The notes beneath the pieces are model-generated. The model was not told where the DNA came from. It saw nothing but the letters and a program-made list of their open reading frames with translations, and made no database searches. A stretch of 64,000 nt of DNA from Candidatus Latescibacterota bacterium (GTDB taxonomy: Bacteria > Latescibacterota > UBA2968 > GCA-2709665): positions 1,888,001-1,952,000 of the forward strand of contig OZ244937.1 in NCBI GenBank assembly GCA_965222075.1, given 5' to 3'. The stretch's first letter is position 1; every line of letters begins with the position of its first letter. This document shows, one piece after another, positions 27,148 through 37,311 of this stretch. The position numbers were made by a program, and so were the translations under genes.

Positions 27148-28776
27148 TCAATTTCCGCATTCCGCAATTTCCTTATCCACCCGGTCCAGAATCCGCTGAA
27201 AGTTCCCCGCCAATATCTTCTTCCGGGACTCGACCGGCAGGTCCGCCCAGAGCACCCATCCCAGTTGCTGTCTGGGGTCCCGCATCGGCGCGTCCGATCC
27301 GAAAATCACGTGTGCGTCGTCCGTCGCCTCCACCAAAAACTCCACCGACCGGTTCGTCACCGCCGTATAGGTAATCTCCGCATACACATTGGGATGCTCC
27401 TGGATACACGCCGCTACCTCCTCAGCAAACGGCCAGCTGCTACCCGCGTGCGGGATCAGCCAGCTCACCTCCGGGAACCGTTCCGCCAGGCGGCCCACGC
27501 CTGCCACCCCGCCCGTGTGTCCCGCCACGTGCATCAGCCCATAGAGCCGGTGCTCGTTCCCGAATTCCCACCAGGGCATAAATGCCTCGTCCTCGTAATT
27601 CATGTTCATCCGCACGTAGGGCTTCATCCCCACAAACCCCTGCTCTAAGTAGCGCAGCCGGATCTCGGCGTCCATCTCTTCCCGCGTCATATGCGTCGGA
27701 TCGATCACAGCCACCCCGATCACCTCATCTCCAAACCGCTGCATTGCCCGCCAGACGATATCATTCCCATCCTGCGCGTCGGTGCAGACCGGCCCGTTCC
27801 AGCTCATCATCGCAATCCGATCGATCCCACACCAGTGGTTCACCTCCAGCATCCCTTCGGCGTCGCCGTCGTACATAATGTAATTCACCCCGGCGTTCTG
27901 TCCTCTCTCGTGCAGCACATGCGCGTGTGCATCCAGCACCGGCACAGACAGTGCGCGCCCGTCTCTGGCCCTGGCCACAATAGGATCGTCCTCCCGCTGT
28001 CGGAGCGCCGCCGCCTCGGGGCCCTGCCCCTTTAACAGCCGCCTCAGGTTCTCCCCAGCCACCTTTCGCTTCGACGCCTCCGGAATCTGCGCATAATCGA
28101 TAAAGGTTCGGGCCGCGCCGGGCGACCGCTCCGTCATCTCCGTGCCAAACAGCAGCCGCTCGTCTCCAAAATCGGCTACGTACTGCTCAATGCCCCGGTT
28201 GATCTGATACGCCGAAAACTCTAAGTGGAGGTTGTCGTGCAGCACCATCAAACGGTGGATGTACCGCTGCTGTGACCATGTGTGGTGCGTCATCAACACC
28301 GGCAACTTGGGGTACCGGGAAAGCAGATCGTGGAAAAACGAAAAAAGATCGGCCCCGCCCCACCCCACCTCCAACAGCGTGAGAACCTCGTGGTGCTGTA
28401 GCACCTCAAACGTCTCTCCCATCACCTCCCGAGCAAGCGAAAATCCACCCGGCATCACCCGCACCGCCCGAATATCCGCACCCTCCATCGCCCGGACCAT
28501 CTCATCCCCGCTCTGAAAGAAACCCGGCTCCCCGATCGGCACAATACACCATACCCCAAACAGCCTCCCCGGCGCCTTCTCAAGCTCCGCCTTCAGCCGC
28601 TCGTTCCCATACTTCACATCGTAACTCCGGGCCACCCCGTGCACCGCCAGCGCCCCGGAAATCTCCGCCAGATCCATATCCTCCAGGAGATGTTCGGTGG
28701 ACCACCGGGCGCGGCGCGGCTTCATCGGCCGCTGTCCGATCACGGCATGGCAGTCAAAGTAGAGCAGATCCGACAT
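27148..28776 (-). CDS. Two-domain amidohydrolase-family protein (copy 2, tandem paralogue)
   Basis: ATG 28776 after GGAGG; same architecture; long peptide blocks identical to copy 1. Confidence 0.88.
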   Translation of the reverse strand: MSDLLYFDCHAVIGQRPMKPRRARWSTEHLLEDMDLAEISGALAVHGVARSYDVKYGNERLKAELEKAPGRLFGVWCIVPIGEPGFFQSGDEMVRAMEGADIRAVRVMPGGFSLAREVMGETFEVLQHHEVLTLLEVGWGGADLFSFFHDLLSRYPKLPVLMTHHTWSQQRYIHRLMVLHDNLHLEFSAYQINRGIEQYVADFGDERLLFGTEMTERSPGAARTFIDYAQIPEASKRKVAGENLRRLLKGQGPEAAALRQREDDPIVARARDGRALSVPVLDAHAHVLHERGQNAGVNYIMYDGDAEGMLEVNHWCGIDRIAMMSWNGPVCTDAQDGNDIVWRAMQRFGDEVIGVAVIDPTHMTREEMDAEIRLRYLEQGFVGMKPYVRMNMNYEDEAFMPWWEFGNEHRLYGLMHVAGHTGGVAGVGRLAERFPEVSWLIPHAGSSWPFAEEVAACIQEHPNVYAEITYTAVTNRSVEFLVEATDDAHVIFGSDAPMRDPRQQLGWVLWADLPVESRKKILAGNFQRILDRVDKEIAECGN

Positions 28777-28975
28777 CTTTCCTCCCTTCACGTTTTCTTC
28801 AACAGATAAGCGGTCACCCCTCTTCAGCGCCCGCCGACCGTCGTTGCATAGTAGCCTTAAACCTTCTCCGGCGCAGGCCTCTTTGCCGCGCCTTCGATCT
28901 GATAAAGTCCTCCGTAAACGCCCTCCTCCGTGCGCCTCTGCGATGAATCCCGGTTTTTTGTTTTCACCTCTTACC

Positions 28976-29794
28976 TCAAAGACAGTGCGACCCGAACTCC
29001 CGGTACTCACGCACCGGCTGGGCATGGTACTCCCGCACCATCTGTTCTAAGCGGTCCACCACCAGGTGAAACACCCGCTCCCCCTTCTCCTTGCTCGCCA
29101 CAAGGGCGTTGCCCATCGTCCCGGTGATATCCCGGGTATCCCGCCGCCGTTCGGAAAATCCGCAAAAATGCCGGAGCTCAGGGCCAAAGGGGTTCGGAAA
29201 CAGATCGTCGTTCATCAGCTCCTTCGCAATCAGATGCTCCCGCAGGTAGAGCTGCACCGACGTCTCCCACTCCCCGCCGTGTCCCACACTCCCGTTGTCG
29301 GCCTCGCTCCAGGCTTTCATCTCTTCCGCCACCGCCTGCCACCAGCTAAATGCCACAACGAAAATATTCTCTTCCGAAATTGTATCCCTCACCACGTGGT
29401 TGGGCGCGTTGTTGCCCCCATGCCCGTTAATGATCACAATCCGCTTGAACCCGTTGTCGTAGATGCTCCGGCAGACATCCCCCACCAGATTCAGATAAGT
29501 CTCGATCCGCAGGCTGATCGTGCCGGGGAACCCCTTGTTGTAGTGCGTAAACCCCGACCAGATCGGCGGCGCCACAATCACCGGGAAATCGTCCACCCGC
29601 TGCGCCGTGCGCACCGCCATATAAAAAGGCCCCACCACGTCCACGTCCATTGGACAGTGAGGCCCGTGCTGCTCCACAGACCCCGTGGGCAGAATCACCA
29701 CCGGATCGTGCTTGAGCGCCTCTTCAAACTCGTGCCGCCACATCTCCTGCCACAGGACCTTCCTGTTGCTCCCATCGTAGGAAACCTTGAACAT
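28976..29794 (-). CDS. Creatininase-family amidohydrolase
   Basis: 'LPTGSVEQHGPH.P.D.D', 'FPGTIS', 'NGHGGN', 'HGGEWETS'. Confidence 0.92.
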   Translation of the reverse strand: MFKVSYDGSNRKVLWQEMWRHEFEEALKHDPVVILPTGSVEQHGPHCPMDVDVVGPFYMAVRTAQRVDDFPVIVAPPIWSGFTHYNKGFPGTISLRIETYLNLVGDVCRSIYDNGFKRIVIINGHGGNNAPNHVVRDTISEENIFVVAFSWWQAVAEEMKAWSEADNGSVGHGGEWETSVQLYLREHLIAKELMNDDLFPNPFGPELRHFCGFSERRRDTRDITGTMGNALVASKEKGERVFHLVVDRLEQMVREYHAQPVREYREFGSHCL

Positions 29795-29863
29795 CGGCAC
29801 ACCCTCCCCATCGTGGGTTGTGACCCTTCTGCCGCACCTCACCGGGCGGACGGCCATCTGCCT

Positions 29864-30712
29864 CTACCATGAAATCCGTGCTTTTTCCCGACCCCTGTCA
29901 AACGGCCAGAGCTTCAGCACCGTCTTCCCCAGGATCCACGCCCGGTCCTCATCGCTCAAAAACGTAAACGCCTTCCGGACCAGGTCCAGCGCTCCGGTAT
30001 ATCCGCACTGCTGCTCGACCAGGGGCCAGTCCGTCCCCCACATCAACCGCTCCGGTCCGAATGCGTCGTAGATCTGCTTCACCGTTGCGTGCGTATCCCG
30101 GTAGGGATAGTCCTCCTTCGAAACCGCCCAGGTCCCCGAGATCTTCACATACACCTGCGGGTACCGGGACAGCCGGAGCAGCTTCTCCAATTCCTCCGGA
30201 CGGTCCACCGGCGGATAGGCCATGTGGTCGATGCGAACCTGAACGTCCTCGTATCTCTGAATCCACCGCTCCAGGTCCGGCAAGCGTTCCAGTTGCGTTA
30301 GAATACACATCGGTACCTTCAGATCCCGGGTCCGCCGCCAGAGCGGGTCCAGGTCCGGAGAGACAAACCAGTCCCCGCTCGAATCCACCGACGGACTCAG
30401 CCGCACCCCCCGGAACCCGTACTCCTCCGCCCAGCGGCTCAGATCGTCCGCCGCCGTCGGACTCTCCGGATTGACCCGGCAGACGCCCTCGAATTGATCG
30501 GGATACCGCTTCAAACAATCCGCCGCATACCGGTTGTCCCACCTGTAGTGCATCACCTGCACCAGAACCGTCTTCTCCGTCCCGTGCGCCGCCATCGCCG
30601 CCATCAGCTGCTCGACCGTTGCGTCCTCCGCCGGTGGGTTCTCGTTCTCCGACGGCCAGGGATATTTCGGATCGTTTATCCATACGTGCACATGGGGGTC
30701 GATAATCATCAT
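29864..30712 (-). CDS. Amidohydrolase_2 family (sugar lactonase-like)
   Basis: 'IIDPHVHVW', 'GFRGVR', 'IDH', 'VYVKISG', 'FGPERLMWGTDWP'. Confidence 0.9.
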   Translation of the reverse strand: MMIIDPHVHVWINDPKYPWPSENENPPAEDATVEQLMAAMAAHGTEKTVLVQVMHYRWDNRYAADCLKRYPDQFEGVCRVNPESPTAADDLSRWAEEYGFRGVRLSPSVDSSGDWFVSPDLDPLWRRTRDLKVPMCILTQLERLPDLERWIQRYEDVQVRIDHMAYPPVDRPEELEKLLRLSRYPQVYVKISGTWAVSKEDYPYRDTHATVKQIYDAFGPERLMWGTDWPLVEQQCGYTGALDLVRKAFTFLSDEDRAWILGKTVLKLWPFDRGREKARISW

Positions 30713-30727
30713 ATACCTTTACCTCTC

Positions 30728-31777
30728 CTATACAAGCCGTTTTGCCAGCGCACAGACCGCATCTCCCGCCTCATCCACATCGGCCTCCGTAATCCCCAGG
30801 TGGGGCACCGCCCGCATCGCCGTGGGCGATGGGGTGCTCACCCGCACCCCCCAATCCTCTAACAGCCGGTCTGCGAACTCCCGGGAGGTCGCCCCCGTCC
30901 CCCCTATATCGAACCGCACCATATTCGTCTCCACCTCCGCCGGATCGACCGCAATTCCCGGCGCTCCGGCAATCCGCTCCGCAAGCCGTTTTGCATTGCG
31001 GTGGTCTTCCACCAGCCGGTCCACCTGGTGCTTCAGCGCATAGATCCCTGCAGCGGCGATAATCCCCGCCTGCCGCATCGCCCCCCCGATCCGCTGCTTC
31101 CACTGCCACGCCTCCTGGATAAACGCCTCCGACCCGGCCAGCACCCCCCCCACAGGCGCCCCCAGCCCCTTGCTCAGATCGATCCAGACCGTATCGAACG
31201 TCTCGGCATAATCCTGCGTGGAAATCCCGGTTTCCACCACCGCGTTAAAAAGCCTCGCCCCGTCCATGTGCGTCAGCACACCACGCCCGTGCGCCACCTC
31301 GCAGACCGCCCGCATCTGCTCCAGCGGCCAGATATACCCGCCCGGTCTGTTCGTGGTCTGCTCGACGGAAATCAGCCGGAATCCCGGAAAGTACCGGGTG
31401 GACGACGTTATCTCCGCCGCGACCTGCTCCGCCGTAAACTGCCCCTTCTCTCCGTCGATCGGATACAGCGTGACCCTCGCCAGCACCGCCGCGCCCCCTG
31501 CCTCGGAATGCAGCGGGTGCGACGTCCGATCCAGCAGAACCAGATCCCCCGACCGGCAGTGCACGGCAAGGGCGATCTGATTGCACATCGTCCCTGAAGG
31601 CAGAAACAACGCCGCCTCTTTTCCCAGCATCCCAGCCACCATCTCCTGCAGCTGGTTGACTGACGGGTCCTCCCCCCGTTGCTCATCCCCCACCTCCGCC
31701 GCACACATAAACGCCCGCATCTCCTCTGTGGGCTTGGTTGCCGTATCGCTGTACAGATCGATTCGAACTTCAGACAT
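30728..31777 (-). CDS. ltaE: Low-specificity L-threonine aldolase family (PLP)
   Basis: 'IDLYSDT.T.P', 'PSGTMCN', 'HMDGARLFNA', PLP lysine in 'SKGLGAPVG', 'GGAMRQAG'. Confidence 0.9.
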   Translation of the reverse strand: MSEVRIDLYSDTATKPTEEMRAFMCAAEVGDEQRGEDPSVNQLQEMVAGMLGKEAALFLPSGTMCNQIALAVHCRSGDLVLLDRTSHPLHSEAGGAAVLARVTLYPIDGEKGQFTAEQVAAEITSSTRYFPGFRLISVEQTTNRPGGYIWPLEQMRAVCEVAHGRGVLTHMDGARLFNAVVETGISTQDYAETFDTVWIDLSKGLGAPVGGVLAGSEAFIQEAWQWKQRIGGAMRQAGIIAAAGIYALKHQVDRLVEDHRNAKRLAERIAGAPGIAVDPAEVETNMVRFDIGGTGATSREFADRLLEDWGVRVSTPSPTAMRAVPHLGITEADVDEAGDAVCALAKRLV

Positions 31778-31874
31778 AGAACTGATCTCCTTCAAGCGTT
31801 TTGGAATTTCCTGCTCCGACGAGCCAACCCTAAATTAGTGCCAAAACCAGAACCGGGCAAGGCCTTTTACAACC

Positions 31875-31985
31875 CCAGGTCCCGGGTTCCGAGTGAACAC
31901 CAGGGGGGTGGGGCAGTGGGGCACACGGGACCTGGAACTGCTTAAACGCCACAGGGCACATCCCGCCTCGGGGACATACCCTGTG
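31875..31985 (-). other. Twin intergenic hairpins
   Basis: Minus strand: 15-bp stem CACAGGGTATGTCCC/GGGATGTGCCCTGTG and 10-bp stem CCAGGTCCCG/CGGGACCTGG, each preceded by AAGCAGT. Confidence 0.5.
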
Positions 31986-32011
31986 AGACTGCTTGAAGCC
32001 TCCTGCGTTGC

Positions 32012-32971
32012 CTATACCCCGCCCTCCTGATCCTGACGGAACAGACCCAGGAAACGATCTTCATACAAGCTGTACAGGTTCCACCGATCCAGTTCCTTTT
32101 TGAGCTGGGCTGCCTTCTCTTTAGAACGTCCGTCCTCTACCTCCAGGAAGAGCCGTTCGATCTTTTCCATCACATACTGCGGTACCTTCTCCTCGTCGAC
32201 CTCTTCCAGCCCATCCTCTTCGGTCTCCTCCCATTCCATGCTCGAAAACGTCGTCCGGATCTTCTCCTCAATCTCGTCCATCGTCCCCTCCATCTGCTCA
32301 ACCGCGTCGTCTATCTCCGCCATATCGATCCGCACCCCGAGAAGACGCTCAAAGACCCGGACAATTTCCCGGGACGCCTTTGGATTGGGCATCATCTGTG
32401 CGTACAGGGGCATCGTGGCCATCAAACATGCGGCCTGGATCTTCCTTATCCCGGCAAATCCCAAAAGGAGCCCGTTCAAACCCGAAATCTGGCCCTCCCG
32501 CAGGATCTCAACCCCGTGAGGAACAAGGGCATCTCTCAGGGTCTCCCGGTTTGCCGCCCCCATAACCTGGACCGTTTCCCTGTGGCTGATCGACATCGCC
32601 TGCGCCGCAGCCGTATAGATGGTCTCGACCTTCAGGTGTTCTGCAAAGTCCAGAATCTGGCTCATCAAACGAATCCCGCCCGTCCCCCAAATCTGTGCCT
32701 CGCTCTCGAAGATCACCAGCCCGGGATCCTGCACGTAGTAGAACACATGGGAGGGCAGATCCGTGAAAGACCTGGCGATCCCATTTTCCACCACAACCGC
32801 TTCCGGCGTAAAATACTCGCTCATATCCACCTCGGCGAAGGGTACGCCTTCCAGCTTCCTGCGCAGGTAATCCAGCGCCCCAACCCCCACACTCCCCATC
32901 CCCGGCCACGCCGCCAGCAGAATCGGGGACTCGCTTTCACCTGTAATATCCCGATGGATCTTCAGATTCAT
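32012..32971 (-). CDS. PAC2 (proteasome assembly chaperone-like) family protein
   Basis: 'LAAWPGMGSVG', 'ESEAQ', 'ISGLNGLLLG', 'PNPKAS'; C-terminal 'ELDRWNLY..YEDRFL.LF'. Confidence 0.85.
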   Translation of the reverse strand: MNLKIHRDITGESESPILLAAWPGMGSVGVGALDYLRRKLEGVPFAEVDMSEYFTPEAVVVENGIARSFTDLPSHVFYYVQDPGLVIFESEAQIWGTGGIRLMSQILDFAEHLKVETIYTAAAQAMSISHRETVQVMGAANRETLRDALVPHGVEILREGQISGLNGLLLGFAGIRKIQAACLMATMPLYAQMMPNPKASREIVRVFERLLGVRIDMAEIDDAVEQMEGTMDEIEEKIRTTFSSMEWEETEEDGLEEVDEEKVPQYVMEKIERLFLEVEDGRSKEKAAQLKKELDRWNLYSLYEDRFLGLFRQDQEGGV

Positions 32972-33149
32972 TGGGATGCCTCCTCCCATCGTCAACCAGA
33001 AATTTTCAGATCATCAGTGTCCATAATCTTACGCTAAAATATATCACAAAAGGTCCAAAATCCAATATATATCAACACACCGGTTGCAAGTTGTGGGTTT
33101 TCCTCCTTCCCTCAATCCTTTCGGCTTCAACCCGGAACGCATACGCTTT

Positions 33150-33968
33150 CTACCTCAGTCCCAGTTCCCGCAGTGTTGTATCTATCATTCCAAAAGCGAT
33201 CCGGGCCTTCTCCATTCGCATGTGCGGAGAGGTCTCAACCGAAATATACCGGTCGTAGCCCACCTTGCCCAGCGCCTCTGCGAAGCAGCGAAAATCCAGC
33301 TGGTCACCCTCCTCTCCGGGAATCAAGAATTGGCTGTAGGGATACATACCCTGCACGCCCTTCACATGACAGTGTACGGTAAGCGGGCCCAGCTGCTCTG
33401 TTGTGGCAGCGATATCGGCACCCAGATGGTAGAAATTGGTAATATCGTTCAGCAGCTTCAAATGCACAGATCCCACGTGGTGAATCAACAGCGGCACCTT
33501 GTTGGGCGAATCGATAATATTCGATTCGTGATTGTGAATATTCATCGTCAGCCCCAGTTCACCGGCTCGCTTACAGAGTGGCTTTAAGACCTCAACCAGC
33601 ACCTTCCAGGCGTGGGGGTCTCCTTTTTTCGACCACCCGCTCAAAAAATTGACCCCGGCGGCCCCCAACTCCACGGCCACATCCTGCAGCAGGTTGTAGA
33701 ACCTGATCGCGCCGTCCATGTCCTCATCGGCCATCGCCATCAGATTGGGCACGGTAAATGGATTGATCACTGCAACCTTCAGCCCGTGCTCGGCCACCAT
33801 CGCCTTCACCTCCCGCAGCAGGCTGTCGGTCACCTCTCCGGAGGGGATGTGTGCGTCCGGGCCGCACATCATCTCGATCCCGTCGTAGCCCACCTCGCCC
33901 AGGATCTTCACCACATTCTCCAGGGGCTGGTCCTGCATCCCTCCCGCATGGTACGAAATTCCGATCAT
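33150..33968 (-). CDS. Sugar phosphate isomerase/epimerase (xylose isomerase-like TIM barrel)
   Basis: 'GYDGIE', 'HNHE', 'DITN', 'HCHVK', 'GYDRYISVE'. Confidence 0.88.
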   Translation of the reverse strand: MIGISYHAGGMQDQPLENVVKILGEVGYDGIEMMCGPDAHIPSGEVTDSLLREVKAMVAEHGLKVAVINPFTVPNLMAMADEDMDGAIRFYNLLQDVAVELGAAGVNFLSGWSKKGDPHAWKVLVEVLKPLCKRAGELGLTMNIHNHESNIIDSPNKVPLLIHHVGSVHLKLLNDITNFYHLGADIAATTEQLGPLTVHCHVKGVQGMYPYSQFLIPGEEGDQLDFRCFAEALGKVGYDRYISVETSPHMRMEKARIAFGMIDTTLRELGLR

Positions 33969-35068
33969 GCCTCCTCCTTCCCGGCCCGGAGTCGCTCCAG
34001 CGGATGCGACCGGTCCGCCGGCGGAAATGGCACCCGGGCGCCTGTAATTTGCGACTCGTAAGCTCCCAGGATCATCTCTAAGGCCGCCAACCCATCACGC
34101 CCGCTCGAAATCGGATCCCGGTCCTCCTCGATCGCCTCGATCAGGTCCAGAATGGCCAGCCGGTTGCCGTCTTCCAACTCGTCCATCTCCAGAGACAACA
34201 ACTCCCACTGCTGCGACCTGTCTTCCGGCGCCCAGAGACCGTAGGGATAGATGACAACCCTGGACGCAGCGCTTCGGAAGTACAGCCGGCCCTCCCGGCC
34301 CACAATCTCCGTCCCCATGGGTCCCGGCTCTCCTCCCGGGTGATTGGCCCTGGAACTGAAAAAACCGGACACGCCGCTGTGGAACGCAAAATAGCTATTG
34401 ATACAATCCCCCGCCACCAAGTAGCACGGCTCGTACCCTTCGTGCACATCCGCTGCCTCGATGTCTCGGCCCGCTGTGGTCACATGCGCAGACATCCAGG
34501 CCACATCGCCTGTAAAAAACCGCATCATATTGAACAGGTGCGTGCCCAGTACCATCATATCTTCCCCTCCACCCCGGTGATCCTGACTGCCCTGTGTATA
34601 CATCGCCTGCACCTCCCCGATCCGTCCCTCCTCCAGCAGGCGTTTAACTGCGTGAATCTGCGACAGATAGACCCCCTGGTGCGCCACCGCCAGCTTCACG
34701 CCCGCCCGATCCGCGGCAGCCACCATCCGGTCGCCGGCTTCCAAACTTGGAGCAAAGGGCTTCTCGCAATAAACGTGACACCCCGCCTCCACGCAGGCGG
34801 TCACCATCTCCTCGTGGCAGTCCACCCACCGGGGACAAACAATCGCGACATCAAGATCCTCTACCTTTAGCATCTCCCGGTAATCGGCGTAGGTCCGCTC
34901 CGCACCGGTCTCTTCCGCCGCCTGGCGTCTGCCTTCCTCGTCCGGATCGGCCACTGCAACCAGATCGGCTCGTTCCACCCCAATCGTGCTCTTGTGGAGC
35001 CTGTGGCCAAAGCCCCCTCCCCCGGTCCTGCCGATTGCCCCTACACGGTAGGTTCTCTCTTCTGACAT
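33965..35068 (-). CDS. Gfo/Idh/MocA family oxidoreductase (copy 1)
   Basis: 'VAVADPD', 'YADYREML', 'HVYCEKP', 'GGEDMMVLGTH'. Confidence 0.92.
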   Translation of the reverse strand: MSEERTYRVGAIGRTGGGGFGHRLHKSTIGVERADLVAVADPDEEGRRQAAEETGAERTYADYREMLKVEDLDVAIVCPRWVDCHEEMVTACVEAGCHVYCEKPFAPSLEAGDRMVAAADRAGVKLAVAHQGVYLSQIHAVKRLLEEGRIGEVQAMYTQGSQDHRGGGEDMMVLGTHLFNMMRFFTGDVAWMSAHVTTAGRDIEAADVHEGYEPCYLVAGDCINSYFAFHSGVSGFFSSRANHPGGEPGPMGTEIVGREGRLYFRSAASRVVIYPYGLWAPEDRSQQWELLSLEMDELEDGNRLAILDLIEAIEEDRDPISSGRDGLAALEMILGAYESQITGARVPFPPADRSHPLERLRAGKEEA

Positions 35069-35101
35069 AGCCTCTCCTCTGCTAATGATTTTCGGTTGGG
35101 C

Positions 35102-36190
35102 TCAAAAAAGCGTCTCCAGCGGATGTCTCCGGTCCGCAGCTGGAAAGGTCACCCTGGCACCGATGATCTGCGACGCGTAGGCCCCCAGAATCATCTCCAG
35201 GGCCGCCACCGCGCTCCGCCCGCTGGATAGGGGATCCCGGTCCTCCTCTATGGCGTCGATCAGGTCCAGAACGGCAAGCCGGTTTCCCTCCCCGAGTGCG
35301 GCCGTCTCCAGAGACAGCAACTCCCATTGCTGCGACCTGTCTTCCGGCGCCCAGAGGCCGTAGGGATAGACCAGCGCCTCCCCCGAACCGCCGCCTCTCA
35401 GCGCCATCCGTCCTTCCCGCCCCACAATCTCCATGCCGTAGGAACGGCCTTCTCCCGGCTGATTCACCCTCGAATCGAAAAACCCCGACACCCCGTTTTG
35501 AAACGCAAAATAGCTGTTGATGCAATCCCCCGCCACAGGCCCGATCGGTTCGCGTGCTTCCCGCACGTCATCCGGTCCGATCTCACGCCCCTCTGCGGTC
35601 ACGTGCGCAGACATCCAGGCCACGTCGCCCACGAAAAACCGCATCGTGTTGAACAGGTGCGTGCCCAGCACCATCATATCTTCTCCCCCACCCCGGCGGC
35701 TGTCCTGTTTGCCGTGGGCGTAAACCGCCTGCACCTCTCCGACCCGGCCCGCCTGCAGGAGACGCTTCACCTCCTGAACCTGTGGCAGATAGACCCCCTG
35801 GTGCGCCACCGCCAGCTTCACCCCCGCCCGGTCCGCTGCGGCCACCATCCGGTCCCCCGCCTCCAAGCTTGCCGCCATCGGCTTCTCGCAGTAAACATGG
35901 CACCCCGCCTCCACACAGGCGGTCACCATCTCCTCGTGGCAGTCCACCCACCGGGGGCCCACGGTGACAAGGTCCAGCCCCTCCTTTTCCAGCATCTCCC
36001 GATAATCGGCGTAGGTCCGTTCTGCACCGGTCACCTCCGCTACCTTCTGCCGCCCGGCCTCGTCCGGATCGGCCACCACCACAAAATCGACCTGCTCGGC
36101 TCCCAGAAAGCCCAGGTGGAGACCGTGGCCGTAATCGCCGCTTCCGGTCCGGCCAATGGCTCCCGCTCGGTACCGTTTCTGCTCTGACAT
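35102..36190 (-). CDS. Gfo/Idh/MocA family oxidoreductase (copy 2, tandem paralogue)
   Basis: Same motifs; highly similar to the neighbouring gene. Confidence 0.92.
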   Translation of the reverse strand: MSEQKRYRAGAIGRTGSGDYGHGLHLGFLGAEQVDFVVVADPDEAGRQKVAEVTGAERTYADYREMLEKEGLDLVTVGPRWVDCHEEMVTACVEAGCHVYCEKPMAASLEAGDRMVAAADRAGVKLAVAHQGVYLPQVQEVKRLLQAGRVGEVQAVYAHGKQDSRRGGGEDMMVLGTHLFNTMRFFVGDVAWMSAHVTAEGREIGPDDVREAREPIGPVAGDCINSYFAFQNGVSGFFDSRVNQPGEGRSYGMEIVGREGRMALRGGGSGEALVYPYGLWAPEDRSQQWELLSLETAALGEGNRLAVLDLIDAIEEDRDPLSSGRSAVAALEMILGAYASQIIGARVTFPAADRRHPLETLF

Positions 36191-36199
36191 AACGCCTCC

Positions 36200-37246
36200 T
36201 CACGAATTCAGGATCACGCCCAGCGCCTCGTTGGGACGCTGGATCAGATCTTCACAGGCATCGGGCGCCTCATCGATCGGCGCCCGGTGGGTGATCAGCG
36301 GCTCCACCACCAGCTCCCCGTCATCCATAAACCGCAGGCATTCCTCCAGATTGCGCGTCGTCGTCCAGGGCACAAAGACCGGGGGATAATCCGCTCCGTG
36401 TTCCCAGGCCTCGTCGTGGTACCCGGGCCCCGTCCGGGCCGCACTGCGCACATCTAAGTTGCCCAGCGCAGCGGCAAACATATGCTCGATCTTCGCCCCT
36501 CCCACAATCACGATCCGTCCCATCCTGTGCGTATCGGGCGCCTGCTTCATCATCTGCACGAGGGTCTTGAACGCCTCCGTCCCATCTCCTCCAAACGCGA
36601 TAATAGCGGCATCTACTCCGTAGCCCCGTGTAAACATCCTGGAGACCGCCACGGGGTCTTCTTCGTCTATGTTGATGGTCCGGTGGGGGCCTGTCTTCTG
36701 CGCCCGTTCCAGGCGCATCGGCAAACGGTCCAGCGCCATCACATGACACCCCGACAGCCGCGCCCACTGGCAGGCGAGCTGTCCCACGGGGCCCACGCCC
36801 ACCACAGCCACGTGCTCGCCCAGCTGCACCTCCGCCCTGCGGATCGCGTTGAGCGCCGTCGCCGCTAAGCAGCTGAACGCCGCGTGGTCGAACGACACCC
36901 CCTCAGGCACCGGAACCGCCATATTCCTGGGCACGCAGGCGTGGGTCGCATGCTGCGCATACCCCCCGCCCATGCACGCCATCCGCGTACCAATCGCGAT
37001 ATCCTCGCACCCCTCGCCCTGCCCGATCACCACCCCGGCATTCCCATAGCCGAAAGCCCGGGGCGGACCGTCCGAAGGATTTTTCCTCCGGCCCATCACC
37101 CCGCCCAGTTCGGTCCCCGGGCTGATCAGGCTCGCCTTCACCTCCACCTGCACCTGTCCCGGCTGCGGCTGCGGAATCGGCTCCTCTTCCACCGAAATCC
37201 TGCCTCCCCCGTCAATCGCAACCACCTTCCGCATTCCCTCTGCCAT
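36200..37246 (-). CDS. Medium-chain (zinc-binding-type) dehydrogenase
   Basis: 'SLISPGTE', 'GYGNAGVV', Rossmann 'VGVGPVG', 'PLITHR'. Confidence 0.88.
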   Translation of the reverse strand: MAEGMRKVVAIDGGGRISVEEEPIPQPQPGQVQVEVKASLISPGTELGGVMGRRKNPSDGPPRAFGYGNAGVVIGQGEGCEDIAIGTRMACMGGGYAQHATHACVPRNMAVPVPEGVSFDHAAFSCLAATALNAIRRAEVQLGEHVAVVGVGPVGQLACQWARLSGCHVMALDRLPMRLERAQKTGPHRTINIDEEDPVAVSRMFTRGYGVDAAIIAFGGDGTEAFKTLVQMMKQAPDTHRMGRIVIVGGAKIEHMFAAALGNLDVRSAARTGPGYHDEAWEHGADYPPVFVPWTTTRNLEECLRFMDDGELVVEPLITHRAPIDEAPDACEDLIQRPNEALGVILNS

Positions 37247-37311
37247 CTTCGCATCTCCTTATTTCTGCGTGTTGACCAATAGGCCTGTTCTCTCTCAGCC
37301 ATTCCGCAGCC

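Noticed and set aside
31822-31846. TGGCAC upstream of the threonine aldolase gene as a sigma-54 promoter
   Set aside because: The -12 element reads TAGG instead of TTGC.
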